Shown: piece after piece, positions 18,079 through 22,728 of the stretch
How positions within the stretch are numbered: position 1 is the first letter of the stretch
Layout of the letters: every line of letters starts with the position of its first letter
Assembly: GCA_000934665.2 (NCBI GenBank)
Contig: KZ538312.1
Coordinates: forward strand, 62,001 to 84,728
Reading direction: 5' to 3'
DNA from: Catajapyx aquilonaris
Taxonomy: Eukaryota
DNA: 22,728 nt
Made by a program: the position numbers and the translations under genes
The notes under the pieces: model-generated
What the model was told of the DNA's origin: nothing
Seen by the model: only the letters and a program-made list of their open reading frames with translations
The model's database searches: none

Positions 18079-20984
18079 CTGCAGGGGGGGTTCAAATACA
18101 TTGTTTTCAGATGCAATGCTAACAATTTCCCGGAGGGATTTAAATCAAGCGAGACCTGTGTGCCAGCCTGTGCCGGATCATGAAGAACTTGTCGAGGTCC
18201 CCGCCGCTCTTCTGCTCGGCCACCATCGCCTTCTGCTTGGTCCTCTGCATCCTGGCCTCCTTGGGCTCCGGGACGTCGTACATCCGCATGTACGTCTTCT
18301 GGGTGTCCGGAAGGCAGCCCCTCAGCTCGGCGCGAAGGACGGGCACCGAGGATCCGACCCACTCCTTCGGGATTATGTGGAGGCGAGTGGTGGTGACCGG
18401 ACGGGGAAGAATAGTCACGTACTCCACGTTCGAGTCAGGTTTGGCTGTGTGGGTTGTCGTGTAGAAGGTTGCGTCCTGGCCGCGATGGTCCTGCAAATAC
18501 CATTTAGTGTCCGTACTTTCAGGTGTCGTTGTTAGCGATAAGTACCTTGTACACATGGTTTTGTCCGGAGTCTTCATAGTGAAGCTGGAATCTGGTGACG
18601 AGGGAGACGTTTCCTGCCGGGAGCTGACCACCCTTGAGGACCACCGTTGTGACCACATGCGGACCAGAGAGGAAGCGGAAGTGCAGGCCATTCGTCTTGA
18701 CCACCGCACCATGGCCGTCCATCATTCCCTCCAGGTCACTCACACGCACACGGGTCAAGTTCTGCCTGGATACAATGTGATGTATGGGAGCATACCTTTA
18801 GTGACATGTGACATACCTTATCAGTTTCGGTGGAGTCAGAGTGAGGGTAGTGCCGCAGTGTGGAGCCGAGTCGTCAAATGGGAAGGCGCGGCAGAGGTCG
18901 AGGTCAACCTTGATGAACGGAAGCTTGGACCAACTCTGCGGGTAGATCCTGATTGCGGTGGTCACCAGCGGGGAGGACAACTCAAAGATGACCATCCTGG
19001 ACGTTGACGTCTTTGGAAGCCTCCCGGAGTCAAACACCGCCTTCTGCAAAATTGCATGTTCACAAACATGTCCAGTGTCACACACACCATGACCTTTACC
19101 TGTCCTCCTCTGAACTGGTCGGTGACCCACACCCACTTTCCTGCGCTATAAATGTCCCTGGCTTGAACCCTGAACCTGATGGTCATCCCAAGCTTCTCGG
19201 ACTCCACAATCTTGATCCGGAAGATCAGTACGACTCCATGGAAGTCAGCCTCCAGGAAGTGACTCAGGTTCTCGTCTTTGCCTTGAAGGTCATCCGGCAT
19301 GGCCACACCATGCTCCAGGACAGTGGACTGGAGCAGTTCATCCGGAGAGTCAGACTGGGTGAACTTCACTTTGCCTATGTCTGGGAGAAGTGAGTGTGAG
19401 TCAAAAGTTGAGTACAATTTGACTGAACTAACCATCTTCTGAGAGCCATGAGTTTGGGTATCTGCACGTATGAAAGTCCTTGTAGTGCGGATTGAAGTGG
19501 AGGGTGTCGAACCTGTTGTATCCGACAGCCTTGCAGCCTGACACTTGTAGCTGTACCTGCGGGGCAAACCCTACCAGCTCTTTCGGACATACCCGTAGCG
19601 CCGAAGCCAACACCGGACTCTTCAGGACCACTTCAGACCAACTGTCCCGGACAGTTCCTTTGATGTCAAACAGCCTTGTCCGGCCCGTCGTTTCCTCCCT
19701 GACATACCGCCACCATCCTCCTGGAGACTCATGCTGGACGCTGTACCGCTTGACTGTCCCTCCGGAGCTGCCTCGGATCCTCCAGCCGGTGATGACCGCC
19801 AAGGATTCAGGTCCTCTGAAGTCAGCCCGGATACAGTAGACATGTCCAGAGTCCGGCCTGTACACAAACCGCTCAGCACCCGTGTCATCCACTGTCCACT
19901 CTCCGCCTTCTTCTTCCGGAGCACTCAGCATCACATAAGGAGGGGCAAGCCATTGAACCACTTCTGGATGGCATCTGAACCACGGAGCATCCCGATCTGG
20001 AAAGGTCAACAATGGTCTTCAACAGTACCCATTCAACAGTCATTGTCCTTCAATGCTTCTTCAAAGGTCATTGACCTTTAATGTGTCTCGTAATGGGTCG
20101 TTGACATTCTTTTACCTATGTGTCTTCAGAGGTCATTGACATTCTACTTTTACCGAGGTGTCTTCAAAGGTCATTGACCTATAGTGTGTCTCGTCAGAGG
20201 TCATTGGCATTCTTTTACCTAGGTGGTTTCAAAGGTCACTGACCTTTAATGGGTCTCGTCAAAGGTCATTGACATTCTTTTACCTAGGTGGTTTCAAAGG
20301 TCACTGACCTTTAATGGGTGTCGTCAAAGGTCATTGACATTCTTTTACCTAGGGGTCTTCAAAGGTCATTGACCTTTAATGAGTCTCGTCAAAGGTCATT
20401 GACATTCTTTTACCTAGGGGTCTTAAAAGGTCATTGACCTTCAATGTGTCTCGTCAAAGGTCATTGACATTCTTTTACCTATGTGTCTTCAGAGGTCATT
20501 GACATTCTACTTTTACCGAGGTGTCTTCAAAGGTCATTGACCTATAGTGTCTCGTCAGAGGTCATTGACCTTTTCCCCATGTGTCTTCAAAGGTCACTAA
20601 CCTCAATGTGTCTCGTCAGAGGTCATTGACATTCTTTTACCTAGGTGTCTTCAAAGGTCATTGACCTTTAATGTGTCTCGTCAAAGGTCATTGACATTCT
20701 TTTACCTAGGTGTCTTCGAAGGTCATTGACCTTCTTTTATCAATGTTTGTCTTCAACAGTCATGTTGAAGAAGGTCAATGGACTTCGAAGAAGGACAATT
20801 TCAATTGAAGTTTCGTACCGTCCAGTACAACAGAGTAGTTGACCACTCGGACAGGCTCCTCCTGGACAATCTCAGATCCTCTTCTGACCAGATACATCCT
20901 GGCGCACCTCCTACGGGACAGTCCACGAACGCCATATCCGGACGCCACCAGCCAGGCCACTACCAACGCCAAAATCGTCCTCAT
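17961..20984 (-). CDS. Secreted protein with three tandem discoidin (coagulation factor 5/8 type C) domains, 7 exons, about 636 aa (602 aa if exon 6 reads to its own stop at 18140)
   Basis: Exons 20984-20819, 19996-19433, 19380-19100, 19043-18817, 18765-18546, 18490-18156 and 18078-17961 join in frame via GT-AG introns (822, 52, 56, 51, 55, 77 nt). There is a signal peptide (MRTILALVVAWLVASGYG). Three Cys-bracketed repeats end PVLASALRVCP...QLQVSGC, PLVTTAIRIYPQSW...KVDLDLC and PVTTTRLHIIPKEW...LRAELRGC. Confidence 0.85.
18156..18490 (-). CDS. Discoidin gene exon 6 (end of domain 3 and basic tail)
   Basis: Acceptor TTTGCAG|GAC. Encodes LPRPVTTTRLHIIPKEWVGSSVPVLRAELRGC, a typical F5/8C C-terminus. 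Confidence 0.85.
18546..18765 (-). CDS. Discoidin gene exon 5
   Basis: Acceptor ATCCAG|, donor AAG|GTACTT, phase 2/0. Encodes LHFRFLSGPHVVTTVVLKGG...VTRFQLHY. Confidence 0.8.
18817..19043 (-). CDS. Discoidin gene exon 4
   Basis: Acceptor TTTTGCAG|, donor AG|GTATGT, phase 0/2. Encodes LSSPLVTTAIRIYPQSW. Confidence 0.85.
19100..19380 (-). CDS. Discoidin gene exon 3
   Basis: Acceptor TTCTCCCAG|, donor CAG|GTAAAG, phase 1/0. Encodes FLEADFHGVVLIFRI...FRVQ...W.WV. Confidence 0.82.
19433..19996 (-). CDS. Discoidin gene exon 2 (domain 1)
   Basis: Acceptor CCTTTCCAG|, donor G|GTTAGT, phase 1/1. Encodes IRADF...VITGWRIRG...VKRYSVQH...W.YV...LF...PVLASALRVCP...GC. Confidence 0.85.
20060..20735. repeat. 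65-bp (30+35) minisatellite built from 21 AGGTCA-N-TGAC(C/A)T IR1 palindromes
   Basis: Unit consensus TCAAAGGTCATTGACCTTTAATGTGTCTCG + TCAAAGGTCATTGACATTCTTTTACCTAGGTGTCT. Degenerate copies extend to about 20001 and 20786. Confidence 0.95.
20819..20984 (-). CDS. Discoidin gene exon 1 (signal peptide)
   Basis: ATG at 20984, hydrophobic ILALVVAWLVA, donor G|GTACGA at 20818, phase 1 matching exon 2. Confidence 0.72.
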
Positions 20985-21148
20985 CGTGTCCTCAACAATG
21001 GAGGTCGCCAACAATAGCAATGCTTTCCATGGCGACGAGTTGACATTTTTTTTGGACACAGAGAGTTCGATTTTTTAATTATTATTTGGATCTGGTCTTG
21101 AGGTCGATTTGTCTGTTGTGAGGTCGAGGAAGATGAAGGAGATTGCAC

Positions 21149-21253
21149 ATGGCAATAGCTGGACTTCGAGGCATCTTCTGGGTGATTGTCTCCTTGCTTG
21201 TGATGTCAACACCTGCGTGGTTGGCCCCCGCTTTAGTCAGCATCCCTCTTCAG
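21149..21253 (+). CDS. Exon 1 of an uncharacterised secreted protein (MAIAGLRGIFWVIVSLLVMSTPAWLAPALVSIPLQ)
   Basis: ATG at 21149, signal-peptide-like sequence, consensus donor CAG|GTAAGT at 21254, phase 0. Too short for the ORF track. Confidence 0.65.
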
Positions 21254-21314
21254 GTAAGTTCATCCTCCTGATGGAATAAGGTGGGGTATATTGATGTTGT
21301 GTGTTCATCGACAG

Positions 21315-21785
21315 AGTGTGTTGAGCAACCAGCAGGAGAGGACGGCTGTGTCCGGACTATTGCCTGCAGCATCATCAGGGATGGACTACGAGGACACCAG
21401 GGTGGATCCGGACGACTACACGTACGAGGAGATGATGGAAGGACTGGAGCAGTTGCAGTCGATGGACGACACGGACCTGCAGCATGCCCCAACAGGGGAG
21501 ACGTCGGCCATGTTGTCGCAGAAAATGGTGGCACTGGAGGAGGAGATGGGTCGGGTGACCAAGCTGATGCGGGCAGAGAAGGAGGCCATCCAGAAGAGGA
21601 CGCTCAACCTGTACGAGGTGGTGCGTAAGATGATGGGGACCATGGAGGTGCTCAAGGAAGCCGCCAGCAAGGAGGAGCACGCGTCAATCCACGTCGTCGA
21701 CGCAGGCAGACGGAGGAGGGACAGCGACGTTGTGGCCGACGACTTCAAAGACAAGAGCGTCTGGATGGATGCCAAGCAGCAGTAG
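21315..21785 (+). CDS. Exon 2 of an uncharacterised secreted acidic/helical protein (191 aa total) with KR and G-RRRR sites
   Basis: 61-nt intron, acceptor CGACAG| in phase 0. Strong GC3 codon bias, TAG at 21783-21785, AATAAA 35 nt downstream. The exact acceptor is uncertain (other AGs at 21332, 21335, 21369). Confidence 0.75.
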   Translation, partial: SVLSNQQERTAVSGLLPAASSGMDYEDTRVDPDDYTYEEMMEGLEQLQSMDDTDLQHAPTGETSAMLSQKMVALEEEMGRVTKLMRAEKEAIQKRTLNLYEVVRKMMGTMEVLKEAASKEEHASIHVVDAGRRRRDSDVVADDFKDKSVWMDAKQQ

Positions 21786-21819
21786 GGCACTCACCACTGT
21801 TTATATACTTAACACGAGC

Positions 21820-21825
21820 AATAAA
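21820..21825 (+). terminator. Poly(A) signal of the 21149-21785 gene
   Basis: AATAAA shortly after the stop. Confidence 0.65.
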
Positions 21826-21949
21826 ATGCACGCTTTTATACATTTCAAATACATTTTTCAACAAACATCCATCATGAGCAACATCTCGGCTGTACTGTCG
21901 TCATCCAAAATGCAATTAATTCGTATGTGCAAAGAAATTAGAACAAATT

Positions 21950-21955
21950 TTTATT
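21950..21955 (-). terminator. Candidate poly(A) signal of the - strand LRR gene
   Basis: TTTATT on + (AATAAA on -), about 195 nt after the stop at 22149. Confidence 0.5.
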
Positions 21956-22148
21956 GGACATTCCTTACATTACTCCCAGCTGCAATAGCCTAGTCACAGA
22001 AGTTCATTATTGTAACGCACATTGCAGTTTAACTCGTGTGTTCATACCACATGTTATGTAATCATAATTAGAGTATTTAAAAAAACAACGCAAGACACTG
22101 TTTACATATTACAAAAAAAAGTTGTTGGCAATTATCCAGTGCTTATTC

Positions 22149-22668
22149 TTACTCTGTGAGTTGGCTCAGCGAAGTGTACTTGACTCCATTAAGCTCAACT
22201 GATTCGAGTTTTTGGCATTTTGAAAAGAGGCTTGCCAGTCCATTCTTGGTGACTCGGCGAGAGGCTCTCAAGGAAATGCAGGTCAGCTGGGGACAGTTGG
22301 ATGTTAGCATGCCATCCAATCTGACTTTACGAATATTTCCTGCAGCAGCAACACACACAGCCTGTATTTCTCGGTCACAATTACTACCAGAAAACATTAC
22401 GTCTGTCAGTTTAGGCCAATTCCTTTCAATGGAAATGTCTAGAGCCACGCATGGATCATTTGCTGGGTCATAGAAATCCTCTTCATCATAGTGATAATAT
22501 CCTCTATACCAATAATATACTGTACGTAGATCACGTGCTAAATATGGATCAATTTCTAAACTCATAGTGATCTTCTCAAGGGTTGAACTTTGTGCGAACA
22601 CATCCAAGGGATGGGGTATATCAGCTGTGATGTACAAAGTCAGATTCAGCTCCTTAATTTCTTTGCAC
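22149..22668 (-). CDS. Terminal exon of a leucine-rich-repeat (RNI-like, FBXL-type) protein; 5' part lies outside the window
   Basis: Acceptor CTTACACTTACAG| (phase 2). Cys-containing LRRs: CKEIKELNL, WPKLTDVMF, CPQLTCISLRASRRVTKNGLASLFSKCQKLESVEL. No F-box is visible in the window. Confidence 0.7.
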
Positions 22669-22728
22669 CTGTAAGTGTAAGGGATCAATCAGAAATGCAA
22701 TTTGCCCGTAACATCAATAATTAACTCA

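Noticed and set aside
18074..19839. Several + strand ORFs over the discoidin gene
   Set aside because: Antisense shadows of GC-rich coding exons; the domain motifs and splice sites are on the - strand.
20060..20735. CRISPR-like array of palindromic repeats
   Set aside because: The sequences between palindromes are themselves repeated rather than unique spacers. There are no cas genes and the context is a spliceosomal intron.
21250..21790. Minus-strand and alternate-frame ORFs over the 21315-21785 exon
   Set aside because: Shadows caused by high GC3. The donor, stop and AATAAA support the + strand frame ending at 21785.

Overview
Eukaryotic (metazoan, probably arthropod) draft genomic DNA with N-gaps and many long homopolymers. 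The + strand carries a complete five-exon ubiquitin-conjugating enzyme gene of the CDC34/UBE2R family (569-751, 5628-5714, 12532-12629, 13979-14113, 14184-14454; 257 aa). Its promoter has CRE, CCAAT and Inr-DPE motifs. Two in-phase downstream exons (17136-17347, 17417-17718) could form an alternative C-terminus. On the - strand lies a compact gene for a secreted protein with three divergent discoidin (F5/8 type C) domains (20984 to 17961). Its first intron is almost entirely a 65-bp minisatellite of 21 nuclear-receptor IR1 palindromes, 10 of them perfect AGGTCAnTGACCT, which is the EcR/USP ecdysone-response consensus. Head-to-head with that gene, 164 bp away, is a two-exon gene for a signal-peptide protein with prohormone-like KR and G-RRRR sites (21149-21785). 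The window ends in the last exon of a - strand LRR (FBXL-like) gene. The UBE2R introns hold a TA-flanked Tc1-like palindromic MITE, several hairpins and simple repeats. All gene models were spliced by hand from GT-AG signals and reading-frame phase; no database search was run.
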